Assembly: GCA_026026165.1 (NCBI GenBank)
Contig: JAPEUD010000013.1
Span: 372,001 to 436,000 of the forward strand
Length of the DNA: 64,000 nt
Direction: 5' to 3'
Source of the DNA: Sarea resinae
Taxonomy: Eukaryota
The notes under the pieces were generated by a model, which was given only the letters and a program-made list of their open reading frames with translations, was not told where the DNA came from and made no database searches. The translations under genes were made by a program, and so were the position numbers. Shown here one piece after another: positions 28,232 through 40,714 of this stretch (within the stretch, counting starts at the first letter, position 1; each line of letters starts with the position of its first letter).

Positions 28232-29145
28232 ATCCAGGGATCAAGAATCATGATGTCTTTCCGACGAGAAGCGCGAAAGCGGGGTACCAAACAGCAGGAC
28301 AGCAATGCAGATGGATGTCCACAGAGAACACGAGGCCGAGAACACGAAGTGCGACTACATAGTACTGCCAGCATCTGCTTCCTGCCTGCGTATCGGAACC
28401 GATCAAACCATGCTGCGGTCAGTCGGGCATGCTCGAACTGGGAGAGAGTGCATCACTCGTACACGTATTACCCTGTCCGGGGGTTGATGTACGAAGTACG
28501 AAGTACATCCTGCAGCCTGCAGCCTGCGGCCTGCAGCCAGGCCGACGTTAGCCCTTGAGCTCTTTAGCCATGATCCGTAATCCATTTGATCGATCTAGGG
28601 AGTCCGCGTATTCCTGCATTTCATCGTCCGGATCAATATTCCAGAAAGACATGCCCAAGAGAGAGGTCGAGGAGAGGAGCAAGGGTCTCGGTCTCAAGTT
28701 CCAACGCCACTGCATACGCGATCTCACTTCGAATTGCGATTGATGATGGTACGATTGCCCCTACACGAAAAGATAGCATCGCCTTGCCAAGTCCCGCACC
28801 GGACATCTCCCTAAAATTCAGGATGAAGAAAAGAAAGAAACCAGCTAGACCCGCCATTCTCATTCATCGTATCGTTTCATTATCCCAGCAAGACGGGAAA
28901 CAGAACCCGTGTACCAAACTCGTTCCAGTCCACCCACTCCTATCCGAAACATCCAGTGTAGTCCGATATAAGCCCATGGTATCATCAAAAAAGGTAACAG
29001 AAACGAAAAACGCCGCAAGGGCAGAAACAAAGATACATCCCGACTTTTATTTTTGAAAGAGTAAAAAGGAAGGAAACTAGACCCCATAGCTCTTGCCCCT
29101 TTTCGCCCCCTTGTACACAACACCACGTACTCCAGCAATGTCATA

Positions 29146-29369
29146 TTAGAAACTGTAATTATTAGGCTGCGGATGCTGATTGGGCGCCACGTAATAAGAT
29201 TGGTACGGATGATGTTGGGAGGAGAAATCGGCGGTCGCCATCAGAGGGTTCGTGATTCCGGAAGGGATGCGTTGTTGGAGGGGTGGTGGTGTTGGCGGGG
29301 GAATTCCTGAGGCTTGAGAAGGTTGCGGCTGCTGTTGCGTGGTGGATTGAGGGGTCTGTTGATGCTGAT

Positions 29370-29429
<60 letters not shown>

Positions 29430-29525
29430 GAAAAGGCTGGAGAGAAGCGCCAGAGGGATGCTGCTGCTGAAGCACGGGATTGGGGATCTGATGCGTTTGC
29501 TGTTGATGTTGATGTTGATGTTGAC

Positions 29526-29622
<97 letters not shown>

Positions 29623-31568
29623 ACGGATAGAGTCATCATCGTTCCATCCCCACTTCTCTCTCAGCTCGTCGTGAAGAAAGCCGACGCGCCATCCAGTCTC
29701 TTTGCGAATCTTGTCGAAAATCTGAAGGACTTCTTCTTGCTCGCGACGCACAACAAGACATTCCGATGCAATGGCTAGAGAGCGGATCGCGACGCTCGCG
29801 ACACCCCTGGTAGTTGATTGCCATATCAGCTTCAATTTCTTGCACCTTATTAGAAAAGCGACAGCGATGGGAATTCACCTGTCTTTAACATGCGCTACAA
29901 TGCCACATATCTGATGTGCGTGCGATAACTGCATATCATGCAATTCGTCCACGTCTGTCGACAGGACTGGATTGGTCTGTGCTAATAAGCACATTGCTGT
30001 GTGATAAAAGAGCCTTGCAACGATTGTCGCCCGTTTAATTAGCCTAGAGACGCATTAGTATCAATCCCGTCGGAGCTCAGGGGCTACAGGAGAGTTGGAC
30101 TGCTAATAGAAGATTCTAGCTTACCAAACCTCCGGAAAAGCAGACTTCGAAGTCGTCTGATAAGGATATAGATAAGCTATGGGATGCATAGTCCGCGGGA
30201 TACACTCGTTCCACGAGTCACACCAGTCTTTCAGCCTCCTCCACTCGTTATACCGATTCTGCAGCCGAATCTGCTCATCTCTCGTCGACGGCTCTTGAAA
30301 ACGAGGTATCGAAGCCCGGAAGTTAGCAATCTTTGCCACGATATAAATGATTCTATAAGTCCACATTTCCTCGCGTCCAGACTCGGTCTCTCGGGAAAAG
30401 TCCATGTCAACGCCCCAGTCGTCCGGCTCCCAAGCCACCTGCCAATTGAAATGGAGACAGCTGAGGAGCTCCATCCCAACGTTCAGCCAGAAGCATGCAG
30501 AGCCAATTCCCGTCGATCGAGCGCTCCACCCGCATTCTTTGATGAGCGCACGAGCACCAGCAATGTGATTCATTCTCTGCGACGCCCGTTCCGACATGAT
30601 CTCGTAGACGTTTAGTATTACGGCTGTCGTTGCACATATCATGGTATCTCGGTTAGGATTCTGGAGCGACTTCAAAAGGCCTCTGGTAGCCGTGTCGTAA
30701 TAATGAAGAGCCTTATCCTCGTGATAAGCCGGATTTACAAGAGTGAGATGACGCGCCCCACAAGCAAGGAAAGCATTCAAGAGCATTGGCTCCCCTAGCG
30801 AATGAAATGGGAGTAGTCGGGAGAACTGAAGCCCGAGTCAATATCCTATAGAAGTAAAAGTTTCAAGGCCTGACTCACATGTTTCATTGAATCCATGCTA
30901 TCCATCCACAAGCCAACTTCTTCCACGAAGACCTGCATGAACAGCACTTCTTCGGGCGAGTTCAGATAATCACGAGTCTCATTTGGCGGCGTCGCCGTCT
31001 GCTCGGGATTGCTATAGGAGGATGGCGGTGGCGGGGGGCCATTTTGAAGTGTGAATGACGAGTCGCCGGCAGCTTGAGAAAGGTGAGGGTGTGCATCCCG
31101 AGATGGAATAGGAAGTTCCCCGTCCGAGGTCTCAGTATATGTCACAGGTAAAAGTGGCTGTATTGGAGGCAGCGCTTGTTGGGAGATCGAATTTGCGCCT
31201 GAAAAGTCGAATGGTAAGTCACCCCTGCTTTGAGTATCGAGATCTGTAGTGAGAACAGCATAACGTCCGACGCCTCCTTTGTATTCAGACGCAATGTCGC
31301 GCGACTCATCTAGGAAATGCACACTCCAGTCATGGGTCGGTGGAATGATGGGCGGCGATTGAACTTGAGTGTCGATAAAATTCAATCGCACACCGCGTTT
31401 ACACAATCGGCTTGATTTTCGACAATTCTGACAATCGGGCAGACCCTCATCACATTTGAGATGCCGTTCCCTGCACGTCAGACATCCTGTCCGAACCCTT
31501 CTGGGGCGACTGACAGGAGCGGTGCCCTCGACAGCAGTCGCATTGCCATTTATATCCGTCGCAGCCAT
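29146..31568 (-). CDS. Zn(II)2Cys6 transcription factor with a fungal-specific TF domain and a C-terminal polyglutamine tail
   Basis: RVRTGCLTCRERHLKCDEGLPDCQNCRKSSRLC; FMQVFVEEVGLWMDSMD; MLLNAFLACGARHL; tail with Q32 and Q20 runs. Confidence 0.9.
29371..29622 (-). repeat. Coding polyQ microsatellites: pure (CAA)20 at 29371-29430 and mixed CAG/CAA x32 at 29527-29622
   Basis: Counted directly from the sequence. Confidence 0.9.
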
Positions 31569-32189
31569 GCGGTTAACCTCCTGACTACCCCGGAAGCACC
31601 ACCATGCAATCCTAGTGTTTACTTTTCCGTCTTCAGTGACTTCGATGGCGATGCACTGGCTCTGTTCCGGGACGGACACGCTTGCTGTAGGGCTGACGGC
31701 TGTTCCACGAGGCCTAAGGAGATCCGCGAGGGGTTTAGAGATCGATGGGAGACACGTCGTAGAGATATGACAAGAAAGATGACTTCGAGGTAGACCAAAT
31801 GTGCTGATTGGCGTAGCCTGAAGAGAAGCCTTTTGCGCCGTGCGCTCAATGTTCAGGCGTTGAAGCGCGCGCTCTGGCAGCTCGCGACGCCCAGGTATAC
31901 AGTGCGATGAGGTTGGCCAACGACTCGACGACTCGACGACAATGATGTCAGATTGCAGACACTGGGCTCATAAGGGTCCGAGTCGCTTGCAGTCGCAGAA
32001 GCTCCACAAGAGCTACAAGAGTTGGGCAGCTTTCTAGATTGTCATGACGGCAGCTCGTATGCAGTACTTTCGTAAGCGCACCGCGTAGCACTTTGGCGCG
32101 CGATATGATGGCAGATCTCAAGGGCGGAGGGGACGCCAGATTAAATTGCGACGGACCGAGAGAGGGGAACAATCATAATATTGTACGGA

Positions 32190-32255
32190 GTAAACGTAAA
32201 CGCAAACGTAAACGTAAACGCAAACGTAAACGTAAACGCAAACGCAGACGCAAAT
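32190..32255. repeat. Hexamer tandem repeat (GTAAAC/GCAAAC)n
   Basis: gtaaacgtaaacgcaaacgtaaacgtaaacgcaaac... Confidence 0.8.
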
Positions 32256-32858
32256 CAATTGGGAGCTGGGACGCGACCGACCGGGAACCGGAGATCTTCG
32301 CCCTCCGCTTCTCCTAGCCCTAGAGTAGAGGTCCACGGTGGTAGTAGTGTCCGAGCGGAGTCAAGTCATCAAATTGGTTCAACCACCTGGGATCAGGCTG
32401 GAGCCAGGACAGATGATCGGTATAGCAGGAAATCCTGGGAACAAGGAGAAGCACAGATCTGGAGGCTGTCGGCTGTAAGTAAACAAGTGTGCAGATAGGA
32501 ATCATATAGAGCGGCCGAGCATCGATATCGATATCGGGGATCAGAAGAAGTAGGGTCATCAGGATCGAGCATCTTCTTCGCACAAATACAGTCAACATCA
32601 ACCTACTCCTACAGACTACGGCGAGGACGACATACGAAGTAAGTACGGAGTACTCCAATCTGACCCGTTACCGCTGCGGTACGAGTAGAGATCACAATAT
32701 TCCGCGTATTTCTGCCTCCCTGACCTACCGCAGTAGGTACTGACGGGGTTCTCTGTACCTGCGCAGTACTCTGAGTCAGTGGGATACGGCCATTCAAACA
32801 TCCAACTCTCCAGCCATCAAGCCATGGATCGAGAGACCATCGGTGTCCAGTCTCTCTT

Positions 32859-34436
32859 ATGGAAAGCAACGAGGTGAAGCAGGCACTGTTGCCGCCGGCT
32901 CAACCAGATTACGTGCTGAGAGGTCACGCCTCCCAAGTACAAGCCGTGGCCTTCGTCCGAGCAAACACCCGCCTAGTGACGGGTGATGCTGATGGCTGGT
33001 GCATCGTCTGGAACGTTGCTGTCAAGCGGCCAGTCGCCGTCTGGCGGGCTCACGGCAATGCGATCTTGGGGATAGCTCCTTGGGGCCATCGCAAGCTCAT
33101 CAGGTACGTTTTCGTGACGGCGTTCGAGAAAAGGAGAATGCCGTAGACACGTCTCGGAGAGCCTCGCTGATTGCAGACACAGTCATGGACGCGACAGTCA
33201 GCTGCTCGTTTGGCAACTCGATGAAGCAGACGAGGCGTCAATGGATGCCACTCTCCCCGTGGAAACTGTGAATCTGGCCCATCATAGAAAGAGTCCTTGG
33301 CTTCTGCATTCTCTGATCGTGAACACCCTCAATTTCTGTTGCTTCGCTTTATGCAACGACGGAGCTGGAATTGAGAGCAACAAGGACTCCGATGGCATCC
33401 TCATTGCGCTTCCGCATACTGTTAATTCCGAGGGGGTATGCGACTCAGTCAGCTTCTATGTATGCAATTTCTTAGCTAAAGCGAATCAACGTGTAGGTCG
33501 ATATCCATCAACTTCCATCCGAACGGCGGATCTCGACCATTCCAGCCAATACATCCATCAAGACAGGTACGCACTCGACGTTCCACAGTATATATGTCTT
33601 CACGAAATTCTAGCCTGTCTCGTGAATTTCGATGATGTTGTGATGACCTCGCAAAAACGACATCCTCTGACTGGCACGTCCCCTTAGGTCTGGTCATGGC
33701 ACTCGGTGTTTTCTGGATAGGAGATGCTCTGACGGTTACGGCTGGCTACGAGAGCGGTCATGCTATGGCATATCGACGAGAATCACAGAGCGAAGCGTGG
33801 ACGAGGTTTTATGTGTCCAAGCCCCATTCACAACCAGGTATCACTCCCCAGCTTTTTTCCTCTTCCTTTCGAAAAGCTCCTTCCCATGGCCAAGAAACTT
33901 CCGAGACAAGGTAGCCCGAAAGCGTCCTCGCTGACGTATCTTCAGTCCTTTCACTGAGCGTCGAACCATCCCTAAAGTATTTCCTTACGTCTTCCGCCGA
34001 CGCGTTCATTGCGAAGCATTCATTGCTGGCAGTATGGAATAACGATGGTGATTCGCAACAGCCGAAGGCCATCAAGACGAAGCATTCCGGGCAGCAAAGC
34101 CTGCAAATCAGATCTGATGGGAAATTGTTTGCGACTGCTGGATGGGACTCTAGGATTCGGGTATATTCAACAAAAAGCATGAAGGAATTGTGTGTTCTTA
34201 AATGGCACAAAGAAGGCTGTTATGCCACTGCATTTGCTGTCATGAATCCGCAACACTTATTGCAAGCAGGAACTAGCTTACAAAATTCCAAAACAGGGGA
34301 GCAAGGGGCGTCGATAGTCCGAAAGGGAGCGTCCACGGAAACAGTAGCTACCACAAGGAATACGAAGTCGCAGACTACTCACTGGATAGCGGCTGGCTCA
34401 AAGGATGGCAAAGTCTCTCTGTGGGATATCTACTGA
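32859..34436 (+). CDS. ASA1: ASTRA-associated protein 1, WD40 repeat; multi-exon
   Basis: PPAQPDYVLRGHASQV..RLVTGDADGW..RPVAVWRAH; VNTLNFC; AGYESGHA; TKHSGQQSLQIRSDGKLFATAGWDSRIRVYS..LKWHKEGCYA..HWIAAGSKDGKVSLWDIY*. Confidence 0.9.
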
Positions 34437-34445
34437 AACACCTAT

Positions 34446-36767
34446 TCATCCAATGTTAAACTCGGACGCGCCAGACATATGCTCCTTCATCTTCATTCTC
34501 ATCTTCCTGGCAGCATCTTGTGCATCCGAAGATGGAAGATGATCGTTTGCGTTCGCATACCTGTGGTCGTTACCACTGTTACGTGCAGATAACTTCGCAG
34601 CAGCCCTGCGCTCCTTCTCTGTCGCTTTCAAGCTGTCCTTCCCAGGTCGGAGGCCAGGGACCTTGATGCTCCCTGGTTTATCTCGCAGGCCGAAGCTTTT
34701 GGCCAAATGGCCGAGGTGAAGTGATTTCATATTGAACATCCACCTCTCTGCTGCCACATGGGTAGCATATGCTCTGATGTGGCTTTGAAACGCTCGTCGA
34801 GCCATTTCCAGATACTTTGGGTTCTCCAGGGTCCATCGCTCTACATCCAGCTGCCAATCTGTTGTTATCTCATGCCAGTCGCGTTTAGCATCAGCGCCAT
34901 TCAACACAAATCCCTTTTTGAGCAAGTCATTGACTTCGTGGCGAACGAGATTCCTGCCACCGCTTCGGTCCGCCGACTTGAGTATATCGATATAGTTTTC
35001 TTCCTCGCCAGGCAAAAGAAAGATCAAAGCTCTGCCATCCTTACCAGCTCGCGCTGTCCTGCCGACTCTGTGAAGATGGTCGTCCTTGCTAAACGGCGGA
35101 TCGTACTCGATGACGTAATCGACGTTAGGGACGTCTAGACCTCGTGAGGCAACATCCGTACACACCAGCAAAGCAGGATCTGTGCTGTTTTTGTAAGCTG
35201 AGAGCGTCGCGGTCCGCACATGCTGCGGTAGTGAGCCATGCAGCCTATGCACCTTGACCGGATTGTCGGCACCGCCAAAGGCATAACTGGAAGTGACTGT
35301 TCGAACTCCACTTTCTTCTTGGCTCTCCTTCGACTCCTCCACTTTCCTTCCTTCGTCCACTTTCACGCCTTGCCGAGAAAATATCTCAAAATGAAAATCC
35401 ACCGAGTCTGCGCAGGAGACGAAGACGATTGCCTTCATCACAGATCCACGACGGGCAAATGCTCGTTTCAGCAGCGCTAACAATGTAACCAAGCGGAGCT
35501 TAGCAGGTACCACAGAATAAGATTGTTTCAGCTGAGCTGGAGCCGAGAATTCCTGGTTCCCTTCGTTTGCTTCTTTTGTGGACTCGTGCTCTTTCGATAC
35601 GTCTGCTTTGATATGAACGGCTTCTTTCAGACTGATTTCTCCAAGGCGTTGGACGTTCATTTTCATTGTTGCGGAACATAGTACTGTTGTTCGGTTGAGC
35701 GGCAGACCGGGCAAGCGTGATTTGATACCTGAGCTTTGTCTTTGATCAAGCTTCGCAACAATTCCCTGTATCTCCTCTTCAAATCCTAATTCCATCAATC
35801 GATCACCTTCATCTAAGACCAGCCATCGTACATTGCTCACGTCCAATGCTTCTGTATTGTTCAAGTGATCTGCCAATCTTCCTGGCGTGGCGACTAGTAT
35901 ATTTAGTCCCTTCCGTAACCTTGCTTTTTCCGATTTCTTTTTTTCTCCACCAATGACCGTTCCAGCAACGATCCAGTGCGCGCAACGTAGTAAGCTCTCT
36001 AAGACCACCGATATCTGCTTACACAATTCCCGTGTTGGGGCCAGAATTATTGCAAATAGGCCAGAGTTCCTCTGAACGGAGCGATCTGCTTGAGCCAAGG
36101 TAGAATCTGATTTATTTGAGAGTCCGATAATCCGCTGCACAAGTGGAAGAAGATACGACAGTGTCTTTCCAGATCCAGTCTCGGCCTGAATAAAAGCATC
36201 TGAGTCTTCCTTGGTCAGCTGAGGTATTGCGGCCTTTTGTATGGCGGTAGGGGCGGTGACGTTGAGCTTCGTCAGGAGATGCGCCGCAAGCAACGGAGAA
36301 AGACCGAGAGAGGTGAAAGTATCGATGCCATCCGGAAGGGGGGCGTTTGAGGGCTCAATATTGTTTCCGTCGGCTTGATCATTTGACTTTTCTATCGTAG
36401 ATGTAGGGGTCGGATTGAAGGAGAATAGCGACGAGACCACCTGGTGAGGCTTGTTGTCTCTGGGATTCTGCTCCAACGATCTGCCTGAGTGTGCAAGGCT
36501 TCGGCGCCCGGCCGGTGGATCATCGGGATCCCAAGAAACTCTCTGTCTCTTGGGGGGTCGCGGATTTGAAGTCCTCTCGTCATCCGCATGATCGATTGCT
36601 GTGGCATTGTCCTCCTCGACTGGTCGTGCACTTGCTCTTTGCTGTTTGTGACGGGCGACCTTTTTTGCCGCCACGCGGTCTTTCCAGCGGCCTCCCTTAA
36701 ACGTCGGCGTCGAACTCAAAGGACCATCACCGACCGAGAAGTTAAGCAGCATTCCATCGTCGGCCAT
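34446..36767 (-). CDS. DBP7: ATP-dependent DEAD-box RNA helicase DBP7; single exon
   Basis: MADDGMLLNF..FKGGRWKDR; AETGSGKT; PTREL; GGEKKKSEKARLRKG; DEGD variant motif II; CSAT; HRVGRTARAG; LHLGHLAKSFGLRD; ends ASEFNIG. Confidence 0.95.
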   Translation of the reverse strand: MADDGMLLNFSVGDGPLSSTPTFKGGRWKDRVAAKKVARHKQQRASARPVEEDNATAIDHADDERTSNPRPPKRQRVSWDPDDPPAGRRSLAHSGRSLEQNPRDNKPHQVVSSLFSFNPTPTSTIEKSNDQADGNNIEPSNAPLPDGIDTFTSLGLSPLLAAHLLTKLNVTAPTAIQKAAIPQLTKEDSDAFIQAETGSGKTLSYLLPLVQRIIGLSNKSDSTLAQADRSVQRNSGLFAIILAPTRELCKQISVVLESLLRCAHWIVAGTVIGGEKKKSEKARLRKGLNILVATPGRLADHLNNTEALDVSNVRWLVLDEGDRLMELGFEEEIQGIVAKLDQRQSSGIKSRLPGLPLNRTTVLCSATMKMNVQRLGEISLKEAVHIKADVSKEHESTKEANEGNQEFSAPAQLKQSYSVVPAKLRLVTLLALLKRAFARRGSVMKAIVFVSCADSVDFHFEIFSRQGVKVDEGRKVEESKESQEESGVRTVTSSYAFGGADNPVKVHRLHGSLPQHVRTATLSAYKNSTDPALLVCTDVASRGLDVPNVDYVIEYDPPFSKDDHLHRVGRTARAGKDGRALIFLLPGEEENYIDILKSADRSGGRNLVRHEVNDLLKKGFVLNGADAKRDWHEITTDWQLDVERWTLENPKYLEMARRAFQSHIRAYATHVAAERWMFNMKSLHLGHLAKSFGLRDKPGSIKVPGLRPGKDSLKATEKERRAAAKLSARNSGNDHRYANANDHLPSSDAQDAARKMRMKMKEHMSGASEFNIG

Positions 36768-38393
36768 TGTTGCTGTCAGACTCGGAGCTTACAGTGTTAG
36801 CTGGCCGTATGAGTAGGGACTGGTAGAAGAGCGGTGGCTGCCAATTTTCTTCAGGTGCTGTCGGGTAATTGACTACAGCGATTTATGTATTCCAGTTGGT
36901 GCTGAAGTCTGAAGGCGGTGGCAGAATAGTTTACTTTACTCTGAGTACCTTAGGTACTACCTACTACTAGGTAGGTACGTACTATTAGCAGGGAGCGGTT
37001 AAGAGGTACGTATCGTATCCATGGCCATCTATGCCCAAGCACAGATATCATCCATTAAGCATTCGTCTTCATCATGGCAAGACCAAGAAGGCAAGCATGT
37101 GTCGCCGTGATGTCGCAACTGTCGCAGGCAATTAGACCGCCCCTCGTTGGCTGTGTCTAGATGCCTATGAAGCTTAGAGGTATCCTAAGCTCGTCCCGCT
37201 TCAGATCTTGCGTCAGACCCTGATCCCACCGATCCGGACAAATCAGGTTATCAAGATTCAGACGTCGACATAGCCTACGCAGTAAAGCGAAATAAGCAAG
37301 TGAATATTGTTGTTACGCCGGTTTCCTCGCAAGACCCGCGGGACCGGAACGGATGGTGCTTCCGGAATACGGAAGAAGGCGTCATTGCGGCCCTGCGTCC
37401 AGGTGCTACCCATTTTTGGGCGAACACAATATTTCGTCACATCCATTGCAAACTTCGTCAATGTTGGGAAGGTTCTCTGCGTGGCGGACCAGCGTCCTCT
37501 CTTGGTTCAGGAATATGATGGCAACCCTGAATATGTGGACAATCTGCTGCGTTTAGATGTTTCCTTCACCATGCTCTGCGCTCAAACTATATTCTCTGAG
37601 ACGGAGCTGCACTCATTTCTGATTGATTCGGAGATCCCCTATTCAGTTTAGTGTAATCCTATCCGTGGATGAGGCAGCTACGGTGTTAAAGTATCCCATA
37701 ACAAGGACGAGCTAGCTCATCACGCACAAAAGCTGATCAATGTCTCTCCACGAGTCATGCCAGGGGAGTATATTTCCGGGCAAAAGGCCATCACTTTCAT
37801 GCCTCCTTCGGCTGGACACCTGCAGTACTGGGCTATACCCGTTCTTGTGCGTAGCAACCATCGGGCAGAAATTGCTCCGTATAGCGGTGTTGTTACAGTG
37901 ACCGCAAACTCCAGAGTCCTTTCTGATGAAAAAGGTCGGCAAGATCCACGGCTTGCCGAGGCTGGTCGAGAATGTGAAGTCGTGACGAGGCTTACTCAGG
38001 TCAAAGCCCCTATCAGGCTGGATATACGGCGTCATAATGATAGGCACGATTCTAAGTTTGCAATATTCGACATGAGTATGAAACCAGCAAGTGAATGTCC
38101 CCGTTGTATACGCTAGCTGTTAACAGCTTGAAGAATATGACTGGGCGCGGCCGGCCTCGCCGAGAAGATCAGTCTAGCTTCAGGCCTATCAGTGCTTGGT
38201 CTTGGCTGGGAAATTCCACTTGTAGTCTGTAAGAACTGCGAGCAGCGAAGGTAGTACACATGTAAATAGATTAGATTACTCAAGGCCAAAGTCCTCCTCG
38301 TTCATATATAATTATTAAGGGCACGCATTTGGGCTACCCAGGGGTGCGAAAAGGGTTCGATTTATTGCGATGATCTCAGAGATACTACAAGTC

Positions 38394-39273
38394 TTAATCG
38401 TCTAGAAGGAATCTTAAGAATGCTTGCGCTACGACAACACCGTCGTGGTGCTTCCGCACGCGGGACATAGCATCTTCAAAGGTAGGATCGTCGAAGATGC
38501 CCTGGTCATGACGTGCCCCCAATATTTCAGTCACAATATCAGCTGTGAACTCTGGATGACCTTGCACGGTGATGAGTCTGCCTGCAGAGTACATCCCCTG
38601 CACTCGACATCTGGGTGAAGAACCCAGATCTTCAACGCCTTCCGGATATTCGTAGACGATGTCTCTGTGCATTTGATGAAGACTCTAATTGATATGTATA
38701 AGTATCGGCGGGATTGGCAGGTATGGCAGTGCGGGGGAATCTCACCAAATTAGATTGCCTGAAGATCTCCTTGCCCTTGGAAGAAAGCTCCATAGGTGTA
38801 ACGGCCGCTTCCCAGCCCTCATCGCTTCGATCGACCTTCACTCCCATGGCCCGGCCTACTATCTGATGACCGAAACATACGCCAATGATCCGGACACGAC
38901 GCTGCTCAAGGACCTTGGCCACAAAATCCACCAGCTTGATGATCCAAGGTTTGTTATCAAAAGCGTTGTTTCCTAAACGTGGAATGAGTACTGAGGCCTT
39001 TGCTGTGCACGATAGAGAGGGCAGGTACTGACGAGAGCCTGTCATTAAAATGGCATCGATATCATCCAGATTGGGATATGTCTCGGCCTTTTCGACATCC
39101 CACGTAGTAAGATCTAGTCCTTTCTTTGAGGAAATGAGGTCCGGTTGGCCTAACGCATCGGCACCGGCCTCTAACAGAGCCTTGAAAACTCCCCCGTAGC
39201 CACCATATTTTGCACGCGTCCTGTCAAGCGGCGTGTCGCATTCTAGGATGGCGATTCGCAATGGTGGGCGCAT
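38394..39273 (-). CDS. Class I glutamine amidotransferase-like protein (yeast YLR126C type); 3 exons
   Basis: MRPPLRIAILECDTP..YGGYGGVF..AILMTGS|..IIGVCFGHQIVGRA (Cys nucleophile)..|MHRDIV..TVQGHPEF (His-x-Glu). Confidence 0.9.
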
Positions 39274-40376
39274 CTGTAGATGTTCGGGAAGGGATGTCTT
39301 CGCGGGCGATTGCTTGACGCTTCTGCGAGGTATTGTCGAGGGCCAATGCAGCTCGATCCAAAGACACCCAGAGCAAGCTCGGCTAGTGCTATATATGCAA
39401 TTGACCGATCCTTTCTTTCCTAAGGTAGGTAAACAGATAGTACGGATATGTTGATTCAAATTTGAGTTCAGGTCATGATGAGCAGCATCACCATTCATTA
39501 TCTTATCTCTGACTCGCCCCGCTACCGCCAAGTCCAAAGGTACTTCCATCGTATCTCCAGGGCCGAGGGGCTACCTACCTCTGTACCTTACATGGAGGTA
39601 GCATACGAAGTACGAAGTACTCCAAGTACGAAGTACAGACAGGCCAAGGTATCCATGGACGGTAGGAGGTATGGATGAGGTGTTTGCAAGATAGCCGACA
39701 TGACTCTACGCAGTACATAGTACTACTCCGGAGTATGTAGGTCTCCGACGTCTCTCCTGTTGCTCTTTTTGTTACCGTGCAGGTGTTACTTCGTACAATA
39801 GATGAGTAGATTCCATTTATTATTCAACACGAAGTACAGACTCTAATCGATGGGTTCTGAATGCACTCCTTATTTGGAGTATACGAGGGAACGCCCCCTT
39901 CGGCCTGAATCGGGGGGCCTTGGATGGGCATTGATCGTCTGTCTTGGCTGCATGGTCCATTTCCCACTCAACTCTAAGGATCCATCTGTCCTGGGCATTT
40001 TCACTCTGGTACGACTGCAGTCGGATCGAAAAGTTAAGCTTCTGCGTCAAGTCGGGCAGCGAGGCTCAGCGCCAGAATTCATGGCTCCACGATCCGCCGA
40101 TACTTTGTGCTATCATCAGTAAGGTAAGGTAGTTATGATGAAGTGTAAGGTAGTTAAAGAGCGAGGTACGAAAGTACCGCAACACACCTATCTATGCGTG
40201 GTGCAAACAATGTGTGAAGCAACGATTTCACCACGATCTCCAGGCTGCCAAGTGACCTAGGCAAGAAGCGTTTACCTGACAGAACCTCAATATAGAAAAT
40301 ACAGTAAACGCCAATGGATACATATTAAAATATCCCACTGACTAAAAAATTAAAACTCAGGTGAGAAAAAGAATAT

Positions 40377-40472
40377 TGCATCCATCGGGAATCGAACCCG
40401 AACCATCTGCTTACTAAGAATCCGAGCAGATACTCTGGAAGGCAGATATCCTGACCATTGGACCATGGATGC
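40377..40472 (-). tRNA. tRNA-Gly(TCC) with an intron of about 24 nt
   Basis: Reverse complement GCATCCATGGTCCAATGGTCAGGATATCTGCCTTCCA[intron]AGCAGATGGTTCGGGTTCGATTCCCGATGGATGCA. Acceptor stem GCATCCA/TGGATGC; anticodon stem TCTGC/GCAGA. Confidence 0.93.
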
Positions 40473-40714
40473 TTCATTGGGAAATAAGCTGGCTTAGAGC
40501 ATATATATACGATTGATCACTTTGCTGTGCGCTGTCGCGATTACATCCCCAGCTTTGCTCGAAACGTCTCAACCACCTTACCTTACCTTACCTTGCCGCA
40601 GTAATTGCCTTACTCTTCCCTCGATAACGATATTATCTCCCATCGGCAAGAATAATAGTATAATCCTCACGAAATCTCATCAGCCGCTTTTATACCTACT
40701 TTAATGTTTCCCAG

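Noticed and set aside
28012..28558. Low-complexity ORFs (RNRNRN, GTGTGT, LFLFLF) and similar ones at 32093-32498 and 29241-29778
   Set aside because: By-products of hexamer or trinucleotide repeats and antisense frames.
37000..38200. Several 70-120 aa ORFs between DBP7 and the amidotransferase
   Set aside because: No recognisable motif or coherent exon chain; cannot be supported without a homology search.
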